From Candidatus Omnitrophota bacterium (lineage in GTDB: Bacteria; Omnitrophota; Gorgyraeia; B26-G9), in contig JAZDHZ010000043.1 of assembly GCA_043805415.1 (NCBI GenBank), positions 5,844 through 69,843 of the forward strand: 64,000 nucleotides of DNA, given 5' to 3'. The notes below the pieces were generated by a model. That model did not search any database. It worked only from the letters and a program-made list of their open reading frames with translations, and was not told where the DNA came from. Positions 17,654 to 27,611 of the stretch are shown here, one piece after another. How positions within the stretch are numbered: the first letter of the stretch is position 1; each line of letters begins with the position of its first letter. Both the position numbers and the translations under genes were made by a program.

Positions 17654-18039
17654 TGAGTAAGTTATTGTTTGTTTTTGCTGGCGGGGGAATCGGCACTTTG
17701 TGCCGCTATGGATTGTCTCTGACTGCGGATAAAATATTTAAATCTGATTTTCCTTTGGGAACACTGATTGTGAATCTAATCGGTTCTTTTTTAATCGGCT
17801 TTTTTTGGGGAATTATGCAAACCAAATCAATTAATTCTAATGAAAAAGCTTTTCTGTTTATTGGTTTTCTCGGCGGTTTTACGACTTTTTCCACTTTTAT
17901 GCTGGAAAACCTGACATTTATTCAAAATAAAGCCAACCTCCATGTTATTGGTAATATCCTGGGTTGCAATATTTTGGGTATACTTCTCGTGCTTCTTGGC
18001 TTTTACCTTTCCCATACTTTAATTATGCAAAGAGTTTGA
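17653..18039 (+). CDS. crcB: fluoride efflux channel Fluc/CrcB
   Basis: GGGIGTLCRY, FPLGTLIVNLIGSF, GFLGGFTTFSTF; RBS AGGAG before ATG 17653. Confidence 0.95.
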   Translation: MSKLLFVFAGGGIGTLCRYGLSLTADKIFKSDFPLGTLIVNLIGSFLIGFFWGIMQTKSINSNEKAFLFIGFLGGFTTFSTFMLENLTFIQNKANLHVIGNILGCNILGILLVLLGFYLSHTLIMQRV

Positions 18040-18189
18040 GCCGCATAATCATACCAGTTTTTACTTAGGCAGCTAAAAAATTTTGTTTATAAGTCACTTC
18101 ACTTTATGCTATAAATATGATAAACTAATACATTAAGATGAATGTGAATTTTTCTTATTTCGCAGTTTAAAGGAGAGAAAGGAGCTGTT

Positions 18190-18843
18190 ATGGCAAAAAA
18201 CGGATTTTCCGCGGGAGAAGCCTTGCAATTCGGTTGGCAAGCAACTAAAAACAAGTTTTGGTTCTTTAGTGCCATGTTTCTGGTAATTTTTATATTTGCC
18301 TTGGTGCTCAGCGTGGCAATGAATGCTTTAAAGAGCAGCAGCGCCGCGGGATATATGCTGATTAGTCTGTTTACCACGATTTTTAATATCTTTGTAAGTA
18401 TTGGGATCATCACCATTACTTTGGCTGTATGTGATGATAAACCGATTGATGTTTTTGACTTTTTTTCTAATACGCATTTGATTTTAAAGTATTTTGCCGC
18501 ATCGATTATTTACGGAATTATTGTTTTTTTGGGTTGTATATTTTTTATAATTCCCGGGATTATTTTAGCTATCCGCCTGCAGTTTTTTACTTATCTGCTT
18601 GTTGATCAGCAACTCGGACCGATTCAAGCTTTAAAGAAAAGCGCGGAGCTAACCAAAAGCTGTACTTTTTCTTTGTTCTCATTCGGGATTCTGATTATGC
18701 TGATAAATTTTTTTGGAGTTCTTTGTTTCGGCTTTGGCCTATTTGTTTCAATGCCCACAACTTTAATTGCCCTGGCTTATGTATATAAAAAATTATTAGC
18801 GCAAAATGAGAATATTGAGAAGGTAACCTCTGCGGCAAATTAA
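18190..18843 (+). CDS. integral membrane protein (DUF975-like)
   Basis: Multiple TM helices; FFIIPGIILAIRLQF and GPIQALKKSAELTK patterns. Confidence 0.7.
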   Translation: MAKNGFSAGEALQFGWQATKNKFWFFSAMFLVIFIFALVLSVAMNALKSSSAAGYMLISLFTTIFNIFVSIGIITITLAVCDDKPIDVFDFFSNTHLILKYFAASIIYGIIVFLGCIFFIIPGIILAIRLQFFTYLLVDQQLGPIQALKKSAELTKSCTFSLFSFGILIMLINFFGVLCFGFGLFVSMPTTLIALAYVYKKLLAQNENIEKVTSAAN

Positions 18844-18854
18844 AGGTATTTTTT

Positions 18855-19436
18855 ATGTATATTAAAGAGAAAATTGTTTTTGGCATGCTTTGCGCGATAA
18901 TTGGCGGTACGGTTATGATCACCAGTCTAGTGTTTGGGGTAATCCAAACGGCACATAGCAGGTATGATGATCTGTATACTTTTAGCATAAAATTAAGCGG
19001 GCAAAAAAAAGATACTGCTTGCGGTAATTTTGTTGCCAGAAAAAAAGAGCACCTTTCTTTTTGGCTGAAAGTGCCGGATCGGCGAATTGAAAACAGAGAC
19101 TTTCAATTAAGCGTTAATGTCACTGATTTTAATAAAGCGATTGATACAACCTGGAAAAATGATTTTAAATTAGGCTTTTGGCGAAACAGCTCAGAGCAAG
19201 GCCAATATTATCATCTAGGAACTTATGAGTTTAAAAATAATTTCAATGGCTCGATTTGTTATAAAACCAGCGGAAAATGGATAGCGCCTTATAACGGAGC
19301 ACTGATTATCCGCCGGGTAAAGCCGTTTAAAATCTCTTTTCCCGCTTTGGGTTTTTTTAGCGCGGGATTGCTCTTGTTCAGCTTGGTATTAAAAATGTTT
19401 TTAGAAAATAAAAAATATATATCAAATAATCCTTAA
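18855..19436 (+). CDS. hypothetical protein with N- and C-terminal TM helices
   Basis: Operonic spacing; two hydrophobic segments flank a beta-rich soluble domain. Confidence 0.65.
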   Translation: MYIKEKIVFGMLCAIIGGTVMITSLVFGVIQTAHSRYDDLYTFSIKLSGQKKDTACGNFVARKKEHLSFWLKVPDRRIENRDFQLSVNVTDFNKAIDTTWKNDFKLGFWRNSSEQGQYYHLGTYEFKNNFNGSICYKTSGKWIAPYNGALIIRRVKPFKISFPALGFFSAGLLLFSLVLKMFLENKKYISNNP

Positions 19437-19446
19437 TAAAAAAGCA

Positions 19447-19950
19447 ATGAAACTTTTTGACGAAAAATTTAAAGAAAATAAACTCGGATTTTTACTTCAG
19501 AGTTTATTGGCCACAGCGGTTGTGTTTATTATCCTGCTGGTTCTTGATCCGATTTCCAATTCCGCGGTTATCGCTACTTTAGGCTCAAGCTCTTTTATCG
19601 CTTTTACCATGCCGCATTTAAAAGAATCGCAGCCGCGTTGTCTTGTCGGCGGATATCTAATCGGGATTGTAGTGGGAGCAAGCTGCTATTTCTTATCAAC
19701 TTTGCCGTTTGTCGATAATATTCCTTTTTTACTAAGATATTCAACTGTTATTTTTTGTTCAATCGGCGTGGGAGTGGCGATCTTTTTAATGGTAATCACC
19801 AATACGGAACATCCTCCGGCAGCAGGCATGGCTTTGGGATTATTCATGAATCGTGCTGATCTAAGAACAATTATTGTTGTTATGATCGGCGTTTCAAGTC
19901 TGGTGATTATAAAAACCCTGCTGCGTCCTTATCTAAAAGACTTGGTTTGA
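19447..19950 (+). CDS. HPP family membrane protein
   Basis: SQPR and TEHPPAAG motifs. Confidence 0.9.
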   Translation: MKLFDEKFKENKLGFLLQSLLATAVVFIILLVLDPISNSAVIATLGSSSFIAFTMPHLKESQPRCLVGGYLIGIVVGASCYFLSTLPFVDNIPFLLRYSTVIFCSIGVGVAIFLMVITNTEHPPAAGMALGLFMNRADLRTIIVVMIGVSSLVIIKTLLRPYLKDLV

Positions 19951-21512
19951 TTAATAGTAATATAATAAAAGCAAAGACTCTTATGATTTTAAACTTTTAT
20001 TTTTTATCTCAAAAGCCAATCCGACTGCTGCTTACCCTGTCTTATTTGCTGTTTTTTTGCGGATTTTGTTTAATCCTCTGTCCCGGCTGCTTAGCGCAAA
20101 ATAAACTCGAGATCAAGCTGCCGAATGTGCAGGGTGTTTTTTATCCAGCGGATAAAGCCGAACTTGGCCAAATGATTGACGGATTTCTGAATTCGGCTAG
20201 CGATAATAAAATCAAGGCGCATATTTATGGGCTGATTAGTCCGCATGCCGGCTATGTATATTCCGGGCCAGTGGCAGCGCAAAATTATCAAGCAATAAAA
20301 AATAGCGGTTATAAAACCATTATAATTCTGGCGGCATCGCATTATTTTACACTTGCTTCAGCGGCAGTTTATTCCCAGGGTGTTTTTCAAACTCCTTTAG
20401 GCGCTGTGCCGATTGATCAGGATTTTGCTCAGGGTTTAATCAAAAATTATAAAAACTTATTCGCGCGTAATCCTGATGTTTTTGAAAAAGAACATGCCAT
20501 TGAAGTCCAGATCCCTTTTTTGCAGCAAACCCTTAAGGATTTTAAAATAGTGCCGATTATTATTCCCCAGACTTCCTATGGATTAACCCGATCTTTAGCT
20601 CAGGCATTGACCCAGGCCATTGGCAAGAGAGAGGATGTGTTGATTATTGCCAGTTCGGATATGTCGCATTATCATCAGCAGGAAACCGCGTATAAAATGG
20701 ATCAGCAGACATTGGCGCTGATCTTAAACTCCCAGCCTGAACAGCTGTTTAATTGTGTTAGCCTGGGTAAAAATGAACTTTGCGGTTCTGCGGCTGTGGT
20801 GACTTTGCTCCAAGTAATGAAAAATTTACAAGCGGATAATATTCAACTGCTCAAATACGCGACATCAGCAGATTCCGCCTATGTCGAAAATCCGGATAAA
20901 AACCGCGTGGTTGGTTACGCGAGTATTATATTTACGAAAAAACCCGATTCAAACCAAGGGAGTAAAATTATGCTAAATAGCAGTCAAAAAAAAGAATTAC
21001 TGACCGTGGCCCGGAAATCGATTGTGAATATGGTAAAACATAAGCAAAAAAATATAGTTTTATCTGAGGATCAAGTATTGCTTGAACACAGAGGAGCATT
21101 TGTGACAATCTATAAAAATAAATCTCTGCGCGGCTGTATCGGACTGATTGAATCAGATCAGCCTTTAATCAATGTCGTTAATGCTATGGCTATCCAGGCA
21201 GCAACCCGAGATCCGCGCTTTGTTCCGATCAGCATAGACGAGCTGGATAAAATATCGCTGGAAATATCAGTAATGAGCCCGATTCAGCAAATAACCGATA
21301 TAAATCAGATTGAAGTCGGCAAACATGGACTGATTATTCGCCAGGGGTTTAATTCCGGATTATTATTGCCGCAGGTGGCTACAGAGTATAATTGGGATAG
21401 AGAACAGTTTTTAGCGCAGACCTGCAATAAAGCTGGGCTGAATCCAGATGCTTGGAAACAGGGAGCAAAAATATTTATTTTCTCAGCGGAAGTTTTTAAT
21501 GAACAGGAATAA
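19947..21512 (+). CDS. amrB: AmmeMemoRadiSam protein B + protein A fusion (Memo-like plus AMMECR1)
   Basis: PHAGYVYSG, EHAIEVQIPFLQ, SSDMSHY and VVGYA (Memo); GAFVT...LRGCIG, DPRF and GLLLPQVA (AMMECR1); start may be ATG 19983. Confidence 0.9.
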   Translation: MINSNIIKAKTLMILNFYFLSQKPIRLLLTLSYLLFFCGFCLILCPGCLAQNKLEIKLPNVQGVFYPADKAELGQMIDGFLNSASDNKIKAHIYGLISPHAGYVYSGPVAAQNYQAIKNSGYKTIIILAASHYFTLASAAVYSQGVFQTPLGAVPIDQDFAQGLIKNYKNLFARNPDVFEKEHAIEVQIPFLQQTLKDFKIVPIIIPQTSYGLTRSLAQALTQAIGKREDVLIIASSDMSHYHQQETAYKMDQQTLALILNSQPEQLFNCVSLGKNELCGSAAVVTLLQVMKNLQADNIQLLKYATSADSAYVENPDKNRVVGYASIIFTKKPDSNQGSKIMLNSSQKKELLTVARKSIVNMVKHKQKNIVLSEDQVLLEHRGAFVTIYKNKSLRGCIGLIESDQPLINVVNAMAIQAATRDPRFVPISIDELDKISLEISVMSPIQQITDINQIEVGKHGLIIRQGFNSGLLLPQVATEYNWDREQFLAQTCNKAGLNPDAWKQGAKIFIFSAEVFNEQE

Positions 21513-21536
21513 GCCTAAGGTTGAGTAATAAATTGT

Positions 21537-22607
21537 TTAACCAACTAATTTCTTTTTAAGATTTTCCGGGTCACGCGTAACTTGCATTGCTTCATCAGTG
21601 CCAATAAGCTTACGTTTGAGCAGCTCCTGCAATGCCTGGTCAAGGGTTTGCATGCCTTGTTCCCGGCAGGTTTCAATAACCGAATAGATTTGATAAGTTT
21701 TGCCTTCGCGGATTAAATTTCTGATCGCTGAATTAACCACCATAATTTCCACAACCGGCACCCGTCCTTGTTCATCAGAGGTGATCACCAGTTGCTGGGA
21801 AACAACTGCTTGTAGAGTAATTGAAATCTGAGTGCGGATTTGCTGTTGTTGATGGGGCGGAAACACGTCAATTATTCGATCTATGGTTTGCACCGCGTCA
21901 GTAGTGTGCAAGGTAGCAAGCACCAGATGCCCTGTTTCCGCGGCAGTAATCGCGATGCTGATTGTTTCCAGATCACGCATTTCACCGACTAGGATTACAT
22001 CCGGGTCCTGGCGTAAAGTTTCCCGCAGGGCAAAAGCAAAAGAAGAAGTGTCTTGACCGATTTCCCGCTGGGAAACAAGCGATTTTTTATGTGAATGAAA
22101 ATATTCAATCGGATCTTCAAGCGTAATAATGTGACAACTGCGTTCGGCATTGATTAAATCAACAATCGCCGCTAAGGTAGTTGATTTTCCTGATCCAGTT
22201 GCTCCGGTGACCAAAATAAGTCCCCGTCGTCTGCGGGCAATATCTTTTAAAATCGGAGGCAATCCTAAATCAGAGAAACTTAAAATCTGGTTGGGAATAA
22301 ATCTTAAGGCCAAAGCTATGCTGCTGCGCTGGATATAAAGATTTATCCGAAAGCGGCAGAAAAGGTCACGTTTTTCATTTAAATAAGAATATGAAAAATC
22401 CAGTTCATGCTCTTTTTCAAATTTTTCCCTGCGGCTATCATTTAAAATTTCATAAGTTAAGCGTTTGACTTCATCCGGAGTAAGTTTTTCTTTATCAGTA
22501 AAAAACAATTCACCATTAATCCGTATGGCCGGAGGCGCGCCGGCTACTAAATGTAAATCTGAAGCATGTTTTTCAGTAACTTCATCAATCAGGTCAAAAA
22601 TTGTCAT
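21537..22607 (-). CDS. pilT: type IV pilus retraction ATPase PilT
   Basis: ASDLHL, GATGSGKSTT, LEDPIE, LRQDPDVILVGEMRD, ETGHLVLATLHT, AIRNLIRE. Confidence 0.95.
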   Translation of the reverse strand: MTIFDLIDEVTEKHASDLHLVAGAPPAIRINGELFFTDKEKLTPDEVKRLTYEILNDSRREKFEKEHELDFSYSYLNEKRDLFCRFRINLYIQRSSIALALRFIPNQILSFSDLGLPPILKDIARRRRGLILVTGATGSGKSTTLAAIVDLINAERSCHIITLEDPIEYFHSHKKSLVSQREIGQDTSSFAFALRETLRQDPDVILVGEMRDLETISIAITAAETGHLVLATLHTTDAVQTIDRIIDVFPPHQQQQIRTQISITLQAVVSQQLVITSDEQGRVPVVEIMVVNSAIRNLIREGKTYQIYSVIETCREQGMQTLDQALQELLKRKLIGTDEAMQVTRDPENLKKKLVG

Positions 22608-22618
22608 GGATTGTCTCC

Positions 22619-24208
22619 TTAGAAAAATATAATATCGCTTATCAATACCTTTGTCAAGAAATCGGGAAATTCTAACATTACTATTTTTAATAATTTACCT
22701 ACAGCTTCTTCGGGAATATTTATTACACAAGTATGCCAGCACTCATCAGGTTCCAACGGATATTTTGAATTAGTTTTCACAAAGCTTGTTGGTTTGTCTT
22801 TTTCCGGAAGAGTAAATAGTTTTAAACTAAGTTCAGTGCTTGAGTCTTGGCTGGTTTTTGGATCAAATTCAATTTTGAATCTTAAAAGCAGTCTATGCGG
22901 CAGCTCAAAAGGAGAGACTTTTTTACTGACAATATTAAAATCAGAGATGTAAAACCGATTAGACCCAGAGCTGGCAAGCTTTGTCAGAATCATTCCCGGG
23001 TCTTGAAAAACCACACTAGCTGAAGAAGTCCAGTAACTTTCTTGTCCGCTGGTAAAATTTGCCCGGTATTTTATCATTTTATTTTCCAGAGGAATCATTT
23101 CCTCCCCAAGATCAACAAAACCCAGACTGTCAAGTTCCTCAGGAGAGGGAATATCGCTGCGAATAAGTTTATTCTGTAATTGCTCGGGCTTGACTGATTT
23201 AGTAACCACTTCTAAATCAGATATTATATTTTTTTGATACAGTCTTTGCAGCGCCTGATCCAGGGTCTGCATGCCATCAGCACTGCCGCTTTCAATCGCG
23301 GAGTAAATCTGGTGATATTTTTTTTCCCGAATCATATTTTGAATCCCTTGGGTAGAAAACATGATCTCCAAGGCCGGAACCCGGCCATTGCCGTCATGGC
23401 GCATAACCAATTGCTGACAGATGATTGCTTGTAAAACAACTGATAGTTGTGTTCTGATCTGGTGCTGGGTATTTGACGGAAATGCGCCGATTAAGCGCGT
23501 AATCGTTTGAATGGAGTCAGTGGTTGCCATTGTGCCAAAAACAAGAATACCGGTTTCTGCTGCCTGCAGAGCAATATTAATGGTTTCAATATCGCGCATT
23601 TCGCCAATCATGATAATATCCGCGTCTTGGCGAATTGCTTCTCTTAAGGCGCAAGGGAAGCTGATTGAGTCAGTACCGATCTCTCTTTGGGAAAAAAGCG
23701 CTTTATTCGGCTTAAAAAAATACTCAATCGGATTCTCTAAAGTAATGATATGGCAGCCGCGTTTTTGATTTAAAACATCAAGAATAGCAGCCAGGGTGCT
23801 GGTTTTTCCTGATCCGGACGGGCCGCCGATAATAACCAGGCCTTTTTTTAATTGTGTGATTTTATCAATGTTTTCCGGTAAATTAAGTTCTTTGATTGTC
23901 GGCGTATGTTCAGAAAGCGTGTGAAACACACCATTGGTTAAGCCTTTTTGTTTGTAAAAAGTTACCCGAATCCTGCCAATTGATTCCAGAATATAGGTAA
24001 AATTCACGGAATTATCCAGCTTAAATGTTTTGGCTTGCGTCTCGCTCATCAGCGAAACAGCTAGGGTGTCGATTTGCTCACAATCTAGTTTTGTTGAACT
24101 TTCAGGAATTAACCGTCCGTTAATATTAAATAAAGCAGGCAGGCCGGCACTCAGATGCATGCTGGTGGCTTTTTTTTCCTGCATTGTTTTAACTAATTGT
24201 TTGAGCAT
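22619..24208 (-). CDS. PilT/PilU-family ATPase with degenerate motifs and a ~170-aa C-terminal beta-rich domain
   Basis: GPSGSGKT present; LENPIE, RQDAD and ETGILVFGTMAT (His box lost); extra C-terminal domain. Confidence 0.85.
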   Translation of the reverse strand: MLKQLVKTMQEKKATSMHLSAGLPALFNINGRLIPESSTKLDCEQIDTLAVSLMSETQAKTFKLDNSVNFTYILESIGRIRVTFYKQKGLTNGVFHTLSEHTPTIKELNLPENIDKITQLKKGLVIIGGPSGSGKTSTLAAILDVLNQKRGCHIITLENPIEYFFKPNKALFSQREIGTDSISFPCALREAIRQDADIIMIGEMRDIETINIALQAAETGILVFGTMATTDSIQTITRLIGAFPSNTQHQIRTQLSVVLQAIICQQLVMRHDGNGRVPALEIMFSTQGIQNMIREKKYHQIYSAIESGSADGMQTLDQALQRLYQKNIISDLEVVTKSVKPEQLQNKLIRSDIPSPEELDSLGFVDLGEEMIPLENKMIKYRANFTSGQESYWTSSASVVFQDPGMILTKLASSGSNRFYISDFNIVSKKVSPFELPHRLLLRFKIEFDPKTSQDSSTELSLKLFTLPEKDKPTSFVKTNSKYPLEPDECWHTCVINIPEEAVGKLLKIVMLEFPDFLTKVLISDIIFF

Positions 24209-24257
24209 AATATTAATTATTACTTATTTAATTGCCTGTTTACTTATAGTAAAAGGT

Positions 24258-26234
24258 TTAATAATTTTCCTGCCAATTAATAAACGAAATTCCGGCAATA
24301 AAATCCGGAGGAGGATCCGGCACCATTTTTGGCACATAGCGCATATCAAGCTCTTTTCTAAGAAAAATATCATTGGCAACAATGCAGCCTTCAAGCTTGA
24401 AAGTTTCCAGATCAACAATCCCGTTTTCGGAAAATATTATTCCGTCAAAATCCCGATCCCGCGGATCTTCCACACCGGTTTCAGTAATATTGCCATCCTT
24501 GGTAATTAAAGTAGGATATTGCGGCCGCCATCTTCTAAAATAAACTCTGCCGCCGGCAGGAGTTATGACTTCTCCGGCGCGCAAGACCATGGTCTGATAG
24601 CTTTGCGCGCCGGCAAAAAAAGTAATATTAAATATCGAATTATCCATGTCGCGATTGCCCATTCCCCAAGTGAAGTTACGGAAATTATTAATCTGCATAT
24701 CAGCATATTGACCAGGAGCTATAGTGATTGTCGGACTAAAGGAAACAATTTGTCCGTCAGAAGCCCGGCCCGATGGCGGCGGATAACTCCAGTTGGTGGT
24801 AAATCCAGCTTGTCCCTGAACCTGGCTTCTCACTTCTTCATAAGCTCCGAGAAATGAAACCAGGGAAGCCCAGGACGCGGACATCGCGGTTATGGTAATC
24901 GGAGCAGTTGTATTGTTCTTGATTTGAAATTCCACATCACTGTTGGTATTAGCTTGTCTGGTAAGTTCAATATAATCCAGGCCAGAGGGGCGATATTCAT
25001 TGATAATATCGATTCCGCCAACAGCGGTAATCATGCATTGGGGAAAATTAAGATTTTTATAATAAGTATTAATTGTCGCTTTACCAGTTATATAATAACT
25101 TTCCCATAAATAATAAGCAGTGCTGGAAAAATCAAAATCAACAAACTTATCATAGCCATTAAATACAAAGTCGCCGTCAACAAATTTAGTTGCCCGGTTC
25201 CGGTAGGCCAGCATATCAACTGAAGGCATACTGACCAAAGGATCTCCCAAAGAACCCTGAGTAATATCACCGTCAATTTCTAAAGCATCAGCCGCGGGAC
25301 TGGAAGCAAGTCCCACGCTTACTGGATAAAAAGTTGATCCATCAGAAAAAGTCACATTAAAAGTAGTATTATCCATATCGCGGCGCGGATTAGAATTACC
25401 GCTAAGTCTACTGCTAAAAGTTTCTAAACGAATCTCAGCAGTAGCCATATTGGCAATAAACACTGGTTCAGTAAAGTTAACAGTTTCTCCGCTGGCAGCC
25501 CGGTTGCCGCCATTATCATAGAGGTCCCAGACACTTCCATAGTTTGTTCCACTGTACACTCTAACCCGGACTTCACTATAATAAGCAGTTGGGCTAGTCC
25601 AGGTGGCAGTTAATTGAGTAAGATTTAATGTTGCTCCGGTTTCATTAGTAACTTCAAAATTTACATTTGAATTAGAGTTCTGATCTCTGGACCCATCAAC
25701 ATAATACAACCCTGATTTAACCCCTATTCCCAATACTGAATTATTGGCGTGAATATCACCTTCTAAACTGCCTGTAGCAGTATCCGCAAAAGTAATATTA
25801 GTATTAGACATTAAGAGAAATTTCCAGGCGCATAAATAAACAATTGCCTCAGTGGTCCGCTGGGCATTGCCGACATAACCAGTGGAAATAATCCGGACAA
25901 AATCCTCACCAATATCTACTGCCTCAGCAACTGTAACAATGTAATAACCATCAGTCATGTTTTCCTGATATGACCAAGGCATGGTATCAACGTTGGGAGT
26001 TTCGACGATTAAGCGCATTGCCCGGTCAATTCCGGCTTCAGCCACAAAAAAAGCTTTTTCTCCGTTTTCCTGATTGCGGGCAATGCCGCTTTCACTAAGC
26101 ATAGTAGACAGGTAAGTGGTACTAAGCATAAATAGCACTACCATGACAATCAAGGCAAGGAGCAAAGCAATGCCTTTGTCTTGTCTTTTTTTAGATTTAA
26201 TGATTATATTTTTATTTACATTTTGATCTAACAT
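24258..26234 (-). CDS. PilX-like minor pilin with large C-terminal region containing a duplicated ~129-aa beta domain
   Basis: KGIALLLALIVMVVL...AFFVAEAGIDRA PilX N-terminus; RBS before ATG 26234 (the ORF track starts at TTG 26264). Confidence 0.8.
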   Translation of the reverse strand: MLDQNVNKNIIIKSKKRQDKGIALLLALIVMVVLFMLSTTYLSTMLSESGIARNQENGEKAFFVAEAGIDRAMRLIVETPNVDTMPWSYQENMTDGYYIVTVAEAVDIGEDFVRIISTGYVGNAQRTTEAIVYLCAWKFLLMSNTNITFADTATGSLEGDIHANNSVLGIGVKSGLYYVDGSRDQNSNSNVNFEVTNETGATLNLTQLTATWTSPTAYYSEVRVRVYSGTNYGSVWDLYDNGGNRAASGETVNFTEPVFIANMATAEIRLETFSSRLSGNSNPRRDMDNTTFNVTFSDGSTFYPVSVGLASSPAADALEIDGDITQGSLGDPLVSMPSVDMLAYRNRATKFVDGDFVFNGYDKFVDFDFSSTAYYLWESYYITGKATINTYYKNLNFPQCMITAVGGIDIINEYRPSGLDYIELTRQANTNSDVEFQIKNNTTAPITITAMSASWASLVSFLGAYEEVRSQVQGQAGFTTNWSYPPPSGRASDGQIVSFSPTITIAPGQYADMQINNFRNFTWGMGNRDMDNSIFNITFFAGAQSYQTMVLRAGEVITPAGGRVYFRRWRPQYPTLITKDGNITETGVEDPRDRDFDGIIFSENGIVDLETFKLEGCIVANDIFLRKELDMRYVPKMVPDPPPDFIAGISFINWQENY

Positions 26235-26273
26235 CTTGTCCTTATTAATTAAAATCCTACTCAAATAAACTTA

Positions 26274-26843
26274 TCACATGTTTCTTAGATGAACTGCTTT
26301 GCGCATAGTTGATGTATAATCAGATGCTTTACCGATTTTTTTAATCCGCAGAGTCGCGGTAATAAAAAAAACATTGCCTGGGCTTGTGGTTTCACCGGAA
26401 TGTTTATCATAGTATTTCAGATCCAATAAATCCACATAATTAGCCAAAGGCATACCCGCTGATTCTGAATCAAATTTTCTTAATAAATCCGCGCCAAAGA
26501 TTCCGCTCCAAGTATAGGAGAGGATTTCATTGCTGTCCGCGATTTTATTCTCATTTGTGTCTTGGTACCAAAAACGGATCTGATTAGCTGTTATTGTATA
26601 AAATTCACGGCCATGCTTAATTTCATCACACATTTTATCCAATCCGATCCTGGCGTTTTGAATAACCTCGGTTTTATTTTCTCCGGTTTCCCAAGACAAA
26701 GCGCCTTGACGTAAAAACTCATATATCGGATAAAGCACTAGGGCAAGAATTGCCACAGTGCAGATAAGCTCAACCAAGCTCATGCCTGATTTGTTTAAAT
26801 TTAATTTTGCTGTATTTAATTTTAAGGTATTAAGATTATCCAT
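26274..26843 (-). CDS. prepilin-type minor pilin (PilW-like)
   Basis: G|MSLVELICTVAIL class III signal; QNARIGLDKMCDEIK. Confidence 0.85.
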   Translation of the reverse strand: MDNLNTLKLNTAKLNLNKSGMSLVELICTVAILALVLYPIYEFLRQGALSWETGENKTEVIQNARIGLDKMCDEIKHGREFYTITANQIRFWYQDTNENKIADSNEILSYTWSGIFGADLLRKFDSESAGMPLANYVDLLDLKYYDKHSGETTSPGNVFFITATLRIKKIGKASDYTSTMRKAVHLRNM

Positions 26844-26854
26844 ACTTAGCTGGT

Positions 26855-27436
26855 CTAATAATGAGACATTATTGTTTCCACGGTTTTGTTATTAATTTTT
26901 GGATGCGCGACTGTAACCACAATACTTTTATAATAAGTTGAAGCTCCAGCTGGTTCCCATGTATTATTATTAATTCGCGTGTATTTTACTTTTACGCTTC
27001 TGGTAAAGTCCTTGAAATCAGTTAACACAATGCCGTCAATAGTTTTGGGCGGTTTGCTGCTCCAGTTATTGTAATCATCAATATCATCAAAAGTAGAGCG
27101 GTTATTCGGATCTTCGCCAAAATCAGTGCCCAAAGCTCCCAAACTGACTGGTTCATCAGGAAACTCATTCTCATCAAATCGCTTACCTTTGATTTCTTCG
27201 ATTAAATCATCAGCTAAATCAGTGGCTTGGGTAACTATTTCCGCATTAATATTGCCTTGAAATCCAATATAAAATTGAGATAAGAGAGGGATTAGAGCCA
27301 AGGCCAGAATCATTACTGCCATCAGCACCTCAATATAAGAAAACCCCGCTTGAGCAGATACTCTTGCGAGGTTGGGAAAAAGCGAATAAACTAAATATCG
27401 TATTTGTCTTATTGCTAGCTTAGCTAAGCGTATCAT
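26855..27436 (-). CDS. prepilin-type minor pilin (PilV/MshD-like)
   Basis: G|FSYIEVLMAVMIL; FDDIDDYN motif. Confidence 0.85.
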   Translation of the reverse strand: MIRLAKLAIRQIRYLVYSLFPNLARVSAQAGFSYIEVLMAVMILALALIPLLSQFYIGFQGNINAEIVTQATDLADDLIEEIKGKRFDENEFPDEPVSLGALGTDFGEDPNNRSTFDDIDDYNNWSSKPPKTIDGIVLTDFKDFTRSVKVKYTRINNNTWEPAGASTYYKSIVVTVAHPKINNKTVETIMSHY

Positions 27437-27557
27437 ATGCCAACCGTATTTACAGTTATTTAATTAAAGTTCTAATCAGTTTTATGATAAATTTATTATA
27501 AAAAAACAGGTAACTGTACTATTTTCCGTTATTTATGGTCAAATTTCTTTTGCCTTG

Positions 27558-27586
27558 ATTTTACCATTTGACTGATACTATGTCAA
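27558..27586 (-). promoter_or_regulatory. leftward promoter of the minor pilin-pilT operon
   Basis: Minus strand TTGACA-17 nt-TAAAAT with TG extension. Confidence 0.7.
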
Positions 27587-27611
27587 GCCAATTATCGAGG
27601 GAAAACTTTAC

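Noticed and set aside
24030-24509. 159-aa plus-strand ORF
   Set aside because: Overlaps pilX and the PilT paralogue on the opposite strand; no recognisable features
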